Under the pieces are notes generated by a model. The model did no database searches. It had not been told where the DNA came from and saw nothing but the letters and a program-made list of their open reading frames with translations. Positions 26,844 to 51,298 of a DNA stretch of 64,000 bases are shown here, piece after piece. Every line of letters starts with the position of its first letter. Positions within the stretch are counted from its first letter, which is position 1. Source of the DNA: the human T2T-CHM13v2.0 reference genome, Homo sapiens; NCBI RefSeq assembly GCF_009914755.1, contig NC_060947.1, one strand, 5' to 3'. A program made the position numbers and the translations under genes.

Positions 26844-27106
26844 TGTCAAGAACTGTGAAGGATCTACAATTTTACCCTACTTACAAGGTAATGAGATAGC
26901 CTATTACTGTTCAATGGATGCTGGCAGAAAATATGAGGCTCCTCGATTGATACTTGCACATGTAATGGGTTGCATTATAGGAGAGAAACACTACAACTGG
27001 GGTATTCATTTTTACAGTGAACCCCTGCATTTTGTCCAAAGGAGAGACATAATGTCATCACTTTGGGTTGCTCACTGCAAACACAACCCTGAGAAACAAC
27101 AAAGGT
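26844..27106. mobile_element. ERV1-class LTR fragment (MER89/MER90-like)
   Basis: TGTCAAGAACTGTGAAGG...TTTTACCCTACTTACAAG...ATGGATGCTGGCAGAA. Confidence 0.5.
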
Positions 27107-27123
27107 AAAAAGTATTCAGGACT

Positions 27124-27449
<326 letters not shown>

Positions 27450-27489
27450 CTAGCAAGAAGTTGAAAGGATGCTCAGGGCCCATCACAAA

Positions 27490-28758
27490 TGTTAGTTTGC
27501 TAAGGACAATGGCTTCCAGCTCCATCCATGTCCTAGCAAAGGACATAATCTCATTCTTTTTATGGCTACATAACATTCCATGGTATATATGCACCACATT
27601 TTCTTTCTTTAGTCTATCATTGATGGGCATTTAGGTTGATTCCATGTCTTTGCTATTCTGAATGGTGCTTCAATAAATATATGCATGCATGTGTCTTTAT
27701 AACAGAACAATTTATATTCCTTTGGGTATATACCCAGTAATGGTATTGCTGGGTCAAATGGTATTTCTGTCCTTAGCTCTTTGAGGAATGACTACATTAT
27801 CTTCCACAATGGTTGAAATAATTTACACTCCTACATACATTTGTATAAGCGTTCTTTTTTCTCTATAACCTTGCCAGCCTCTGTTATTTTATGTCTTTTA
27901 ATAATGGCCATTCTGACTGGTATTAGATGGTATCTCATTGTAGTTTTAATTTGCATTTCTCTAATGATCAGTGATATTGAGCTTTTTTTTAATGTGATTG
28001 CTGGCCACATGCATGTCTTCTTTTGAAAAGTGTTAGTGTCCTTTGCCCACTTTTTATGAAGTTGTTTTTTTCTTGTAAATTTGCTTAAGTTCCTTATAGA
28101 TGCTGGATATTAGACCTTTGTCAGATGCATAGTTTGCAAAAATGTTCTCCCTTTCTGTAGGTTGTCTGTTTACTCTGTTGATAGTTTCTTTTGCTGTGCA
28201 GAAGCTCTTTAGTTTAATTATATCCCATTTGTCAATTTTTGTTGTTGTTGCAATTGCTTTTGGTGTTTTCGTCATAAAATCTTTGCCCATGCCTATGCCC
28301 TGAATGGTATTGCCTAGGTTGTCTTCCAGGGTTTTTATAGTCTGGGGTTTTACATTTAAGTCTTTAATCCATCTCGAGTCAATTTGTGTATATAGCATAA
28401 GGAAGGGGTGCAGTTTTAATCTTCTTCATATAGCTAGACAGTTATTCCAGCGCCATTTATTGAATAGGGCATCCTTTCTCCATTGCTTGTTTTTGTCAGC
28501 TTTGTCAAAGATCAGATAATTGTAGGTATCTTGTCTTATTTCTGAGTTCTGTCTTCGGTTCTGTTGGTCTATGTGTCTGTTTTTGTACCAGTACCATGCT
28601 GTGTTGGTTACTCTATCCCTGTGGTATAATTTGAAGATGGATAGCATGATGTCTCCAGCTTTGTTCCTTTTGCTTAGGATTGCCTTGACTAATCGGGCTA
28701 TTTTTGGTTTCATGTGAATTTTAAAATAGTTTTTTCTAGTTCTGTGAAGCATCTCAAT
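27490..28758 (-). mobile_element. L1PA (older) ORF2 fragment lacking its 3'UTR and poly-A
   Basis: ORFs 28054-28398 and 28426-28752 encode L1 ORF2 ([19 protein letters not shown]-like). Confidence 0.9.
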
Positions 28759-29815
28759 GCATACTACCTGATTTTAAGAATTACTGGGGTCCGTTCCAGG
28801 ATGGCCAAATAGGAACAGCTCTGGTCTGCAGCTCCCAGCATGATTGATGCAGAAGACGGGTGATTTCTGCATTTCCAACTGAGGTACCTGGTTCATTTCA
28901 TTGGGACTAGTAGGACAGTGGGGACAGCCCATGGAGGGTGAGCAAAAGCAGGGCGGGGCATTGCCTCACCCAGGAAGCGCAAGGGGTCGGGGGATTTACC
29001 TCTCCTAGCCAAGGGAAGCCGTGACAGACTGTACTGGGAAAATTGGGACACTGTCACCTAAACACCAAGCTTTTCCAACAGTCTTAGCAAATGGCACACC
29101 AGGAGATTATATCCCACGCCTGGCTCAGTGGGTCCCACTCCCACGGAGCCTTGCTCACCGCTAGTCTGAGATCAAACTGCAAGGTGGCAAGCCTGGCTGG
29201 GGGAGGAACGTCCACTGTTGCTGAGGCTTGAGTAGGTAAACAAAGCGGCCAGGAAGCTTGAACTGGGTGGAGCCCACCTCAGCTCTAGGAGGCGTGCGTG
29301 CCTCTGTAAACTCCACCTGTTGGGGCAGGGCATATCTGAACAAAAGGCAGCAGAAACTTCTGCAGACTTAAACGTCCCTGTCTGTCTGACAGCTCTGAAG
29401 AGAGCAGTGGTTCTCCTAGCATGGTTTTGAGCTCTGAAAATGGACAGACTGCCTCCTCAAGTGGGTCCCTGAACCCCACGTAGCCTAACTTGGAGATACC
29501 TCCCAGTAGGGGCCAACTGACACTTCACACAGCCGGGTGCCCCTCTGAGACGAAGCTTCCAGAGGAAGGATCAGGCAGCAATATTTGCTGTTCTGCAATA
29601 TTTGCTGTTCTGCAGCCTCTACTGGTGATACACAGGCAAACAGAGTCTGGAGTGGATCTCCAGCAAACTCCAACAGACCTGCAGCTGAGGGACTTGACTG
29701 TTAGAAGGAAAACTAACAAACAGAAAGGAATAACATCAACAAAAAGGACATCCACACCAAAACCCCATCTGTAGGTCACCATCATCAAAGACCAAAGGTA
29801 GACAAAACCACAAAG

Positions 29816-30838
29816 ATGGGGAGAAACCAGAGCAGAAAAGTGGAAAATTCTAAAAATGAGAATTCCCCATCTCCTCCAAAGGATCACAGCTACTCACCAG
29901 CAATGGAACAAAGTTGGACGAAGAATGACTTTGATGAGCTGACAGAACTAGGCTTCAGAAAGTCGGTAATAACAAACTTCTCTGAGCTAAAGGAGGATGT
30001 TCGAACCCATCGCAAAGAAGCTAAAAACGTTGAAAAAAGATTAGACGAATGGCTAACTAGAAAAAACAGTGTAGAGAAGACCTTAAATGATCTGATGGAG
30101 GTGAAAACCATGACACAAGAACTACATGATGCATACACAAGCTTAAGTAGCTGATTCAATCAAGTGGAAGAAAGGGTATCAGTGATTGAAGATCAAATTA
30201 ATGAAATAAAGTGAGAAGAGAAGTATAGAGAAAAAAGAGTAAAAAGAAACAAACAAAGCCTCCAAGAAATACGGGACTACGTGAAAAGACCAAATCTACG
30301 TTTGATTGGTATACCTGAAAGTGACGGGGAGAATGGAACCAAGCTGGAAAACACTCTTCAGGGTATTATCCAGGAGAACTTCCCCAACCTAGCAATGCAG
30401 GCAAACATTCAAATTCAGGAAATAACAGAGAACACCACAAAGATACTCCTCAAGAAGAGCAACTCCAAGACATGTAATTGTCAGATTCACCAAGGTTGAC
30501 ATGAAAGAAAAAACGTTAAGGGCAGCCAGAGAGAAAGGTCGGGTTATCCACAAAGGGAAGCCCATCAGACTAACAGCAGATCTCTTGGCAGAAACTCTAC
30601 AAGCCAGAAGAGAGTGGGGGGCCAATATTCAACATTTTTAAAGAATTTTCAACCCAGAATTGCATGTCCAGCCAAACTAAGCTTCATAAGTGAAGGAGAA
30701 ATAAAATCCTTTACAGACAAGCAAATGTTGAGAGATTTTGTCACCACCAGGCCTGCCTTACAGGAGCTCCTGAAGGAAACACTAAACATGGAAAGGAACA
30801 ATCAGTACCAGCCACTGCAAAAGCATGCCAAATTCTAA
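29816..30838 (+). pseudogene. L1 ORF1p, disrupted
   Basis: MGRNQSRK..., RPNLRLIGIPESDGENG, FVTTRPALQELLKE; stop at 30152-30154 and frameshifts. Confidence 0.92.
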
Positions 30839-30901
30839 AGATCATCGATGCTAGGAAGAAACTGCATCAACTAATGGGCAAAATAACCAGCTAACATCAT
30901 A

Positions 30902-34760
<3,859 letters not shown>

Positions 34761-35014
34761 ACAATCAGAACACTTGGACACAGGGCGGGGAACATCACAC
34801 ACCGGGGCCTGTCGTTGGGTGGGAGCATGGGGGAGGGATAGCATTAGGAGAAATACCTAATGTAAATGATGAGTTAATAGGTGCAGCAAACCAACATGGC
34901 ACATGTATACATATGTAATAAACCTGCATGTTTTGCACATGTACTCTAGAACTTAAAGTATAATAATAAAATAATAAGTAAAAAAATAAATAAAAATAAA
35001 AATAAAGAATTACT

Positions 35015-36830
<1,816 letters not shown>

Positions 36831-39800
36831 CAATTTTTCTGGTGATTTAAAATAATATTAAAAATATTTTAGGTTAAAATCCATTTTTAATGTTAAGTGA
36901 TAAAAAGTCCACTGCTTTTCTTGCTACACCAGAAATTGAAAACACAAGTTATTTCCAGAGGTCAAACAGGTAAAATAACTTTAAGTTTTCCAGGTATAAG
37001 AAAATAGGGAATGGTAAAGACTGTGTTTGAATTATAGTGTGTGTCCTAACCGAAGACATTCAAAACCAATTAAAAACAAAGAAGCAAGACTGTGTGTACA
37101 CACACACATGCACACACACACACTCTGAAGCCCCCCACACTGTATGTTGTTTTTAGATTATTTTATGTAATCATATAACTTCAACTACCATGTGAATTTT
37201 CTTTTAATGACTGCTACCCAGATCTTACCTTGAAGTTCAAACGTATTATCCTCACATGCCTTCTGGATATCTCCAACTATATTTTTCATTGGTATTTAAA
37301 AGCTTAACATGACCAAAAATGAAGTAAACTGTATGGCCATCTTTTGGGCCTGAGAAACAGTCCCATAGGCTATGCCCAGTCTGAGGCTGGTAAGCAACCA
37401 TGGGTTCATGCCCCCAGCTGGAGAAACAACCCTGTAGCTCCATCCCCAGGGAGTCAGACTCTAAGTTGGCTGACCCGCCATGTGCACACCTCACCACTGA
37501 CCTGAGAAACAGCCTGATGAGCTGTTTCTAAAAAAGCAAAGCCACACCAGTACTGCCAGTACAAACTCTCTTAGCCTAGACCAATGAGACCCTTGCAAAC
37601 ATCACCGGTGTGGATTACAGCTAAAGAAACTACATGGAGACTATATTACTGCATCCACCCAGAACCAACCCAACACACCCCACTGACCTGATCTATATGA
37701 ATAAGATTATATCTTATTCAAGACCTCAAGACTCATCTATATGAATATATCTTTCCCTACAAAACCTACTCCATAAAATTGGAAGAGGTGACTTTTCCAC
37801 CAGATGTGTACAAATTGACATAGGGACACATCAAACATGAAAAAGCATAGAAACATGACACCTCCAAGGGAACATAATAATTCTCCAGTAACAGACCCCA
37901 ATCATAAGGAAATATATAAAATGTCAGAAAAAAATTCAAAATAATAATCTTAAGAAACCTCAATGAGATATAAGAGAATACAGGTAGACAATACAAAAAA
38001 TCAGGAAAATAATTCATGTCTTGAATGACAAATTCAACACAGCGATAGATATCATAAAAATGAACAAAACAGAAATCCCAGAGGTGAAGAATTCAATGAA
38101 TAAAATTTAAAAAAAGACAATTGAGGGCTTCAACAACAGATAAGACCAAGCAGAAGAAAGGAGTTCAGAGGAACTTCTGAACTTAAAGACAGGTGTTTTC
38201 AAATAACAGAGGTAGACAAAAAAAAAGAGAATAAAGAAAGCATACAGAATGTATGGGACAGTATTAAGCAAACAAATATTCAAATTATTGACATTCCATA
38301 AAAAGAAGGGAGGGGAAAAGGTGTATAAATATGTTTCATGAAATAATAGCTGAAAACTTCACAAGCCTTGGGAGATGGCCATCCTGAACCAGGAAACTCA
38401 AAGGTTGCCAAACAGATTAAACCTAAACAGATTCTCTGCAAGCCACATAATGTTCAAATTGTTGAAAGTTAAAGACAAAACAATAATTCTAAAAACAGCA
38501 AGAGAAGAACATCAAGTCACATATAAAGGAACCCTCATTAGACTAATAGTGGCTTTCTCAGCAAAAAATCTTACAGGCCAGAAGAGGATAGGATGATATT
38601 TTCAAAATACTGGAAAAAGAAACCGCCAGGAAAGAATAATATACACGGCAAAGCTATCCTTCAGAAATGAAGAAGAAATAAAATCTTTGATAAACAAAAA
38701 TTAAAGGAACACATCAACACTAGACCAGTATTAAAAGAAATGCTCAAGGGAATCTGACTTCTAGAAATCAAAAGACCATAACCACCATTATGAAAACATG
38801 CAAAACTGCAAAACTCACTAGTAGAGATGACACACAGAGAAAACAATCAAACTTTATAACTACAGAAAACCACCCAACCACAAAAATAAACAATAAGAGA
38901 AGTAAAGAACAAAGGATATACAAAACAACCAGAAAAAAAATCAATAAAATAACATAAGTCCTCATCTACCAATAATAACCTTGGATGTAAATGGATTAAA
39001 TTCCCCACTTAAAAGATATAGACTGGCTGAAGGAATTTTTTAAAGACCCACCTGGATGCTACCTAAAAGAAACTCTCACCACCAGGAAGACACAGACTAA
39101 ATGGGAAGAGTTGAAAAAATATATTTTAAACAGCTTGAGAAGGCAGAACAAGATAGCCAAATATAACCCTCCAGCAATCATCCTCCTACCGGAAAACCAA
39201 ATTAAATGACTATCCATGCAAGAAAGCATCTTCATAAGAACCAAAAATCAGGTGAGCAATTATAGTACCTGGTTTTAAAATAATATCAAGAAAAGAGGCA
39301 CTGCAAAAGATATAAAATACAGTCTTACATTGCCTACACCACCCCTTCTCCATCCCCCAGCAGCACACGAAGAGAGAATTTGTGTGCTTGGGGAAGCAAG
39401 AAAGAAGTGATTGTGGCACTGAGTTCCCACACTGAGTTCCAATGCTGCCCTGTTACAGCAGAACACAACACAGAGCAGAATCCTTCCAGTGCCCATGGAG
39501 GGAGCATTTAAACTAGCCCCAGCCAAAAGGGAATTCTCTGCCCCAGTGATAAAAACCCAAGTTTTGGCTAGCTCCACTGCTGGCCAATTAAAGTACCCTT
39601 TGCTCCTCAATAGGTTTAAAAGGCAGTCAGGCTACAAGAACTGCAGCCCTTGAGCAATTTCAGGTGCTGCACTGTGCTCAGAGCCAGTGGAATGGGAGTG
39701 CATATGAACCAGTGAGACATTAGCTGTGGCAGCCAAGGGAGTGCTTGTGTCAACCCTCCCCCAACTCCAGGCAGTGCAACTCAGGGAGTGACTCCTGCTT

Positions 39801-40590
39801 CCATAAGGAGAGGGAAGAGCACAGAGGACTTTGTCTTGCAACATGGGTACCAGGAAAGCCACAGTTAAATAAAGCACAAAACAGATTCCTGAAGCCCCTG
39901 ATTCCAGGCCCTAGTTCCTGGATAGCATTTCTAGACCCACCCTGGGCCAGAAGGGAACCTACTGCACTGAAGAGAAAGACCCAGTCCTGGCAGGATTCAC
40001 CACCTGTGGAATAATGAGCCCTTGGGCCTTGAATAAACATCAGTGTTAGACAGGCAGTATCATCATGGTCCTTGGGCGAGACCCAGTACTATGTTGACTT
40101 CAGGTGTGATCCAGTGCGGTCTCAGCTGTGGTGGCCAGAGTATTGCTTGCATCACCCTTTCCCCAACTCCAGGCATACCAGCATGGAGAGAGAGAGAGAG
40201 ACTCCTTCTGTTGGGGGAAAGTGAAGGAAGAGAACTAGAGACTGCCTGGAGAATTCTCCTGGATCTCGTCCAAGTGCACCAAGGCAGTAAGAGCCTGCAA
40301 AAGTTGCAGCATTGCTGGGGTTAGGGAGCCCCCTAGTGCAGATATGGTTGCAATGACCAAAGACTTAGATCACAACCCTTTGAATTCCTGGAAAGCCTTG
40401 TCAAGAAGGACAAGTACATACAAGCCCAGACTGTGAAGACTAGAATAAATACCTAATTGATGAATATTCACAAGCATCAAGAACATGTAGGAAAACATGA
40501 CCTCACCAAACAAACTAAATAAGGCACCAGTGACAAATCCCAGAATAACAGAGCTATGTGACATTTCAGCAAAGGATTCAAAATAGCTGC

Positions 40591-40891
40591 TTTTTTTGGC
40601 AGGGGAGGGGGGGTGTATTGCTCTGCCGCCTAGGCTGGAGTACAGTGGTGTGATAATAGTTCACTGTAGTCTCGAACTCCTGGGCTCAAATGATCCTCCC
40701 ACCTCACCCTCCCGAGTAGCTGAGACTAGAGGTACACACCACCATGCCTGGCTAACATTTTTTAAAAATTTTGTAGACATAGGGTCTTGCTATGTTGCCC
40801 AGACTGGCCTCAAACTCCAGTTCTCAGGCAACCTTCCCATCTTGGCCTCCCATAGTACTGGGATTATAAGCATGAGTCACTGCATCCGGCT
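40591..40891 (-). mobile_element. AluJ
   Basis: Diverged Alu with CTCCTGGGCTCAA motifs. Confidence 0.88.
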
Positions 40892-42159
40892 CAAAATAAC
40901 TGTTTTGAGGAAATTCAACAAATTTCAAGATAACACAGAGAAGGAATTCAGAATCCTATCAAAGAAATTTAACAAAGAGATTGAAATAATTTTTGAAAAT
41001 CAAGCAAAAGTTCTAGAGCAGAAATATTCAATTGACACACTGAAAAATGCACCAGAGTCTCTCCACAGCAGAATTGATCAAGCAGAAGAAAGAATTAGTA
41101 AGGTCAAACAGAGGCTATAAGAAAACACAGAGAAGAAAAAAAAACAATAAAAAAAGTGAAGCATGGCTACAAGATGTAGAAAATAGCCTCAAAAGGGCAA
41201 ATTTAAGATATACTTGTCTTAGAGAGGAGGTAGAGAGAGAAACTGGGGTAAAAAGTTAATTCAAAGAAATAATAACAAAGAGCATTCCAAACCTAGAGAA
41301 AGATATCAGTGTTCATGTACAAGAAGGTCACATAAAACCAGGCAGGGTTAAACTAAATGAGACAACCTCTAGGCATTTAGTAATTAAGCTCCCAAAGGTC
41401 AAAGATGAAAACATAATCCTAAAAGCAACAATAGAAAAGAAACAAATATAGCATAAAGAAGTAGCAATATGTCTGGCAGCAGATGTCTCAGTGGAAACCT
41501 TGCAGGCTACAAGAGACTGCTATGACATATTCAAAGTGCTGAAGGAAAAAAACTTTTATCCTAGAATATTATATCCAGCAAAAATATCCTTCAAACATAA
41601 AGGAGAAATGAAGACTTTCTTGGACCAAAAAAAAACTAAGGGAATTCATCAAGTACACACATGAGCTACAAAAAAAATGCTAAAGAGAGTTCTTCAATCT
41701 TAAAGAAAAGGATCCTAATAAGCAATAAGAAGTCATATGAACATACAAAACTCACCGGTAGTAGTAAGTACGCAGACAAATATAGAATAATCTAACACTG
41801 TAATGGTGTGTAAACCACTCACATCTTGAGTAGGAAGACTAAAAGACAAACCTATAAAAATAATAACTACAACAATGTTTTAAGAGATAGTATTAAAAGT
41901 CATAACTATAAACAACAAAAATTAAAAATCTGGGAGGGGATGGTGTTAAAGTGTATAGTTTTTATTAGTGTTCACTTTCCTTCTTTGTTTATTTGTTGTG
42001 CTTTTCTGTAATCACAGTTTAGTTGTCATCAGTTTAAAATGATTGGTTATAAGATGTTATTTCAAGACTCATGGTACCTCAAACCAAAAAATCTACAGAT
42101 ACACAATAAATAAAAAGCAAGAAATTAAAACCTACTACCAGAGAAAATCTCTTTTACAC

Positions 42160-42350
42160 AAAGAAGGAAGGAAGGAAGAAAGGAGGAGGAGAAGCAGAAG
42201 AAGGAGAAGGAGAAGGGGAAGGGGAAGGAGAAGGAGAAGGGGAAGGGGAAGGAGAAGGAGAAGGGGAAGGAGAACGAGGGGAAGGGGAAGAGGAAGGGGA
42301 AAAGAGAGGGAGGGAGGGAGGGGATGGAGGGAGGGGGAGAGGGAGAGAGG
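42160..42350. repeat. Polypurine (GA-rich) low-complexity tract
   Basis: (AGAAGG)n, (GGGAAG)n and (GAGG)n. Confidence 0.95.
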
Positions 42351-44188
42351 AACACTAAACAGCCAGAAAACAAAAAACAAAATAGCAATAGTAAGTCTTT
42401 GCCTATCAATAACATTGAATGTAAATGAACTAAAATCTTGAATGAATTTTTTAAAAGACCCAACTATATGGTACCTACAAGAAACTCATTTTACCTGTAT
42501 AGATACACACAGACTGAAAATAAAGGGCTGGAAAAAGATATTCTATGAAAATAAAAACCAAAAAAGGAGCACAAATACCTATACTTTTTATCAGATAAAA
42601 TAGATTTCAAGACAAAAACTATAAAAACAGACTAAAAAGGTCATTATATAATGATAAACAGGTCACTTCAGCAAGAGAATATAATAACTGTAAATATATA
42701 TATGCACCCAACACTGGAGCACTCAGACACAGAAAGCAAATTTTATTAGAGTTTTAAGAGAGAGATAGACTCCTCCAATACAATAATAGCTGGAGACCTT
42801 AACACACAGCTTTCAGCATTGGGCAGATCATCCAGATAGAAAATCAGCAAAGAAATATTGAACTTAATCTGCATAATAAATCAAAAGGATCTCATAAATC
42901 TTTACACAACGTTTTATCCAAGAGCTGCAGAATACACTTTCTTCTGAGAACATGGATCATTCTCAAGGACAGACCTATGTTAAGCCACAAAACAAGTCTT
43001 AAAAACCTCAGTAAAACTAAGATAGTATCAAGTATCTGACCACAATAAAATAAAACTAGACATCAATAACAAGAACTTTAGGAACCATGCAAACACATGG
43101 AAATAAAACAATATGCTCTTAAATTACCAGTGGGTCAATGAAGAAGTTAGTAATGAAATTTTAAAATGTATTGAAGCAAATGAAAATGCAAACATAACAA
43201 ACCAAAATCTATGGGACACAGAGAAAGCAGTACTAAAAGGAAAGTTTATAGCAATAAGTCCTACATCAAATAAGTAGAAAAACGACAAATAGCCAATTTT
43301 AAAATGCATCTTAAAGAATTATAAAAGCAAGAGCAAATCATATGCAAAATATGTAGAAGAAAGGAAATCATAATAATCAGAGCAAAAATAAATGAAATTG
43401 AAACCAAAAAGCAATACAAAAGATCAACAAAACAAAAAGCTGGCTTTTTTACAAAAATAAACAAAATTGACAAAACTTTAGCCAGATTAAGGAAAAGAGA
43501 TAAGATTCAAATAAATAAAATAAGAAATTAAAAAGGAGACATTATAACTTATACTGTAGTAATTCAAAGGATCATTAGAGACTATTTTGAGCAATTATAT
43601 GCCAATAAATTGAAAAACCTAGAAGAAATTGATAAATTCCTACACACATACAACCTAGCAAGATGGAACCATGAAGAAATCCAGAACCTGAATAGACCAA
43701 TAACAAGTAATGACATCAAAGCCATAATAAAACATCTCTCATCAAAGAAAAGCTCAGGATCCAATGGCTTAACTGTTGGATTCTACCAAACATTTAAAGA
43801 AGAACTAATACCAAACATAATCAAACTATTCCAAAAAATTGAGGAGGAGAGATTACTTTCAAACTCATGCTATGAGGCCGGTATTACCCTGATACCAAAA
43901 CTAAAGACACAACCAATAAAGAAAACTACAGGCCAGTATATCTCTGATGAACACAGATGCACATGTCCTCAACAAAATCCTAGTAAAACAAATTCAACAA
44001 CACATTAAAAAGATTATTCACTATAACAAAGTGGGATCAACCCAGGGATAAAGAATGGTTCCACATATGCAAATCAATCAGTGTGATACATTATATTAAC
44101 AGAATGAAGAACAAAAACCATATGATCTTTTCAACTGATGCTGAAAAAGTATTTGATAAAATTCAACATCCCTTCATGATAAAAACTC

Positions 44189-44521
<333 letters not shown>

Positions 44522-47500
44522 CTAGGGATATACTTAACCAAAGAAGTGAAGGAAATCTACAATTAAAACTATAAAACATTGATAAAAGAAATTGAAGAGA
44601 ACAAAAATTGTAATATATCCCATGCTCATAGATTAGAAAAATCAATATTGTTAAAATGTCCATACTACCCAAAGCAATCTACAAATTCAAGGCAATCCCT
44701 ATGAAAATACCAACGACATTCTTCACAGAAATAGAAAAAAAATTCTAAAATTTATATGGAGCCACAAAAGACCTAGACTAGCCAAAATCATCCTAAGGAA
44801 AAAGAGCAAAACTGGAGAAATCACATTACCAGACTTCAAATTATACTACAGAGATTTAGTTACCAAAACAACATGGTGCTGGCATAAAAGCAGATACATA
44901 GACCAATGGAACAGAATGCAGAACCCAGAACTTAATCCACACATTTACAGTAAACTCCGTTTTAACAAAAGTGTCAAGAACATATATTGGGGGAAAGACA
45001 GTCTCTTGAACAAATGGTGCTGGGAAAACTAGATATCTCTATGTAGAAGAAAGAAACTAGACCCTTATCTTTTGCCACGTATAAAAATCAAATCAAAATG
45101 GACTAAAGACTTAAATCTAAGCCCTGCAATTATGAAACTAGTAAAAGAAAACATTGAGGAAACCTACCAGGACATAGATCTGGGCAAAGATTTCTTGAGT
45201 AATACCTTAGAAGCACAGGCAACCAAAGCAAAAATAGACAAGTGGGATTACATCAAGCGAAAATGCTTCTTCACAGCCAAGGAAACAGTCAACAAAGTGA
45301 AGAGAAACCCACAGAATGGGAGAAAGTATTTGCAAGTAACCTATCTGACAAAGGAGTAATAACTAGACTACATAAAGAGCTCAAACAACTCAATAGCAAA
45401 AAATCTAATAATCCAGCTTCAAAATGGGCAAATGATCTGAATAGACAAGTCTCAAAAGAAGGTATACAAATGGCTAAGAAGTATATGAAAAAAATGCTCA
45501 ATTTCGTCAATAATCAGAGAAATCCTAATCAAAACCACAATGAGATATCATCTCACCCAGTTAAAATGTCTTTTTTCCAAAAGACAGGCAGTAACAAATG
45601 TTGGCAAGGATGTGAAGAAAGTGAAACCCACATACACTGTTGGCAGGGATGTAAATTAGGACAGCCACTATTGAGAACAATATGGAGGTTTCTCAGAAAA
45701 ACTTAAAATAGAACTACCATATGATACAGCATTTCCACTGCTAAGTATATATCTAAAAAGAGGTAATCAGGATATTGAAGAGATATCTACACTCCCATAT
45801 TCATTGCAGCCCTATTCGCAATAGGTAAGATTTGGAATCAACCTAAGTGTACATATATGAATAAAATGGACAAAGAAAGTGTAGTACATATATGCAAAAT
45901 AGAATATTATTCGGCTGTGAAAAAGAATAAAATCCTGTCATTTGCAACAACATGTATGGAACTGGAAGACATTATGTTAAGTGAAATAAGCCAGGCACAG
46001 AAAGACTAATTTCACAAGTTCTCACTCACATGTAGCTAAAAATTAAAACAATTGAACTCGTAGACACAGAGAGTAGAATAATGATTATCAGAGGCTGGGA
46101 AGGGTAGTGGAGGGGAAATGAGGATGGTTAATGGGTGCACAAAAATAGATAGAATGAATAACATCTAACATTTGATAGCTCAACAGGGTGATTATAGTCA
46201 AAAATAATTTACTCTGTATTTTAAAATAATAAAAAGAGTGAGATTGGAATGTTCCTAACACAAATAAATGATCAGTGCTTCGGGTGATGGATATTCCAAC
46301 TACCCTGGTATGATTATTATACATTATATGCCTATTTCAGAACGTCACATGTACCCCATGAATATTTATGTCTATTATACCAAAAATAACTAAAATGTAA
46401 ACATTTTAATAAAAAAGATATTTCACATAAATGAAAATGAAAAGCAAGCAGTAGTAGCTATACTTTTATCAGACAAGTAAATATCAAGTCAAAGATGAAA
46501 AAGAGACAAAGAAGAACATTAGATCATAAGCCTATCAATTTAGCAAGAGAATATAACAACTAAACATATACGCACCAAACACTGGACCACCCAGATATAT
46601 AAAGCATACCTTACTAGATCTAAAGGAAGAGATAGATTCCAATATAATAATACACCCCACTCTCAACATTGGACAGATTATCTAGACTGAAAATCAACAA
46701 AGAATAATAGGATTTAAACTGGACCATATATCAAATGGACGTAACAAGCATTTACAGAGCATTTCTTTCAACAACTGCAGAATTCACATTGTTTTGTTAG
46801 CATATGGAACATTCCCCAGGCTTGAAGATATGTTAGGACAAAAAACAAGTATGAGAAAAAAATTTTTAATCAAAATTATACCAAGTATCTTGTCTGACCA
46901 CATGTAATAAAATGAAATCAATAACAAGAGGAACATTTGAAAATATACAAACACATGGAAATTAAACAACAGGCTCTTGAACAACCAATGGGAGGAGGAA
47001 GAAATTAAGAATAAAAATTTAAAATTCCTTGAAACAAATGAAATTAGAAACACATACCAAAACCAATGGACAGCAAAAACAGTTTTAAGATGCACATTTA
47101 TAGCAATAATAACCTACCTCAAAAAACTAAAAACAACTTAGCAATGTATCTCAAGGAACAAGAAAATCAAAACAAAAAAACTCAAAATTAGTAAAAGGAA
47201 AGAAACAATAAAGATCAGATTATAAATAAACAAAACTGAGACTAAAAAACAATACAAAATATCAACAAAATGAAAAGGTTTTTTTAAAGAGAGAAACAAA
47301 ATCAACAAAACATTAGCCTGACTAAGAAAAAAAGAGAGAAGACCCAAATAAATAACGCATAACACAGAAATACAAAAGATCATCATAGACTACTATGAAC
47401 TACTACTACGAACTACTAGTACTAGGCTAAGAAATAGGAAAACCTAGAAGAAAATTGATTGATTATTCTTGGGTACATACAACCTACAAGGATGTGAATC

Positions 47501-47840
47501 AAGAAGAAATAGAAAACCTGAACAGACCAATAACAAGTTATGAGATTGAATCAGTAATAAGCCTCTCAACAAAGAAAAATTCAGAAGCGAATGACTTCAC
47601 CACTGAATTGCACCAAATCTTTAAAGAAGAATTAATACCAATTCTTTCAAAGTATTCTAAAAATTGAAATAGAGGACACTCTTTCTAACTCATTCTACAA
47701 GGCCAGTGTAACCAAAAACCAGACAAGGACACAGTAAAAACAAAAAACTACAGGCCAATATCCTCGATGAACATAGATTTTTAAATCCTCCACAGAATAC
47801 TAATAAACTGAATCCAACAATACATCAAAAAGATAATACA

Positions 47841-49829
<1,989 letters not shown>

Positions 49830-49830
49830 G

Positions 49831-49908
49831 AAAGCCTAAACCTCTTTTCTTTATAAATTACCCAGTCTCAAGTGTTTCTTTATGGCAATGCAAGAACAGC
49901 CTAACACA
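49831..49908 (+). mobile_element. MST LTR 3' fragment
   Basis: TAAACCTCTTTTCTTATAAATTACCCAGTCTCAAG...CAGCCTAACACA. Confidence 0.75.
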
Positions 49909-50541
49909 GTATTACATAATAATAAAGGATGCAATACAAGAAGAAGATTTAACTATTCTAAATATATATGCACCCAGCATTGAGCACCCATATTCATAAA
50001 ACAAGTTCTTCTTGGCCTATGAAAAGACTTAGACAACCACACAATCATAGTGGGTTCAACACCCCCCTGACAGTGTTAGACAGATCACCAATGCAGAAAA
50101 CTAACAAAGAAACTGGACTTAAACTCAACCCTTGACTAATTGGGACTAATAGATATCTACAGAACACTCCACCCAATAACCACAGAATATACATTCTTCT
50201 CATCTGCACACAGAACGTATTCTAAGATCAACCACATGTTCAGTCATAAAGCAAGTCTCAATAAATTAAAAAAAATAAAATTGTACCAAGCACACTCTCA
50301 GACCACAGTGCAATAAAAATAGAAATCAATATAAAGCAGATCTCTAAAAACTACACAAATGCATGAAAATTAAACAACTTGCTCCTGAATGGCTCCTGAG
50401 TGAACATCAAAATTAAGGCAAAAAATTCTTTGAAATTAATGAAAATAGGGACATAACTTACCAAAATCTCTGGCATGCGGCTAAAGCTATGTTAAGAGAA
50501 AATGTTATAGCCCTAAACGCCTTCATCAAGAAGTTAGGATG

Positions 50542-51298
<757 letters not shown>

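Noticed and set aside
42043-42463. Arg/Gly-rich and Phe/Pro/Ser-rich ORFs
   Set aside because: Translation of a GA-rich simple repeat inside an L1, not a gene.
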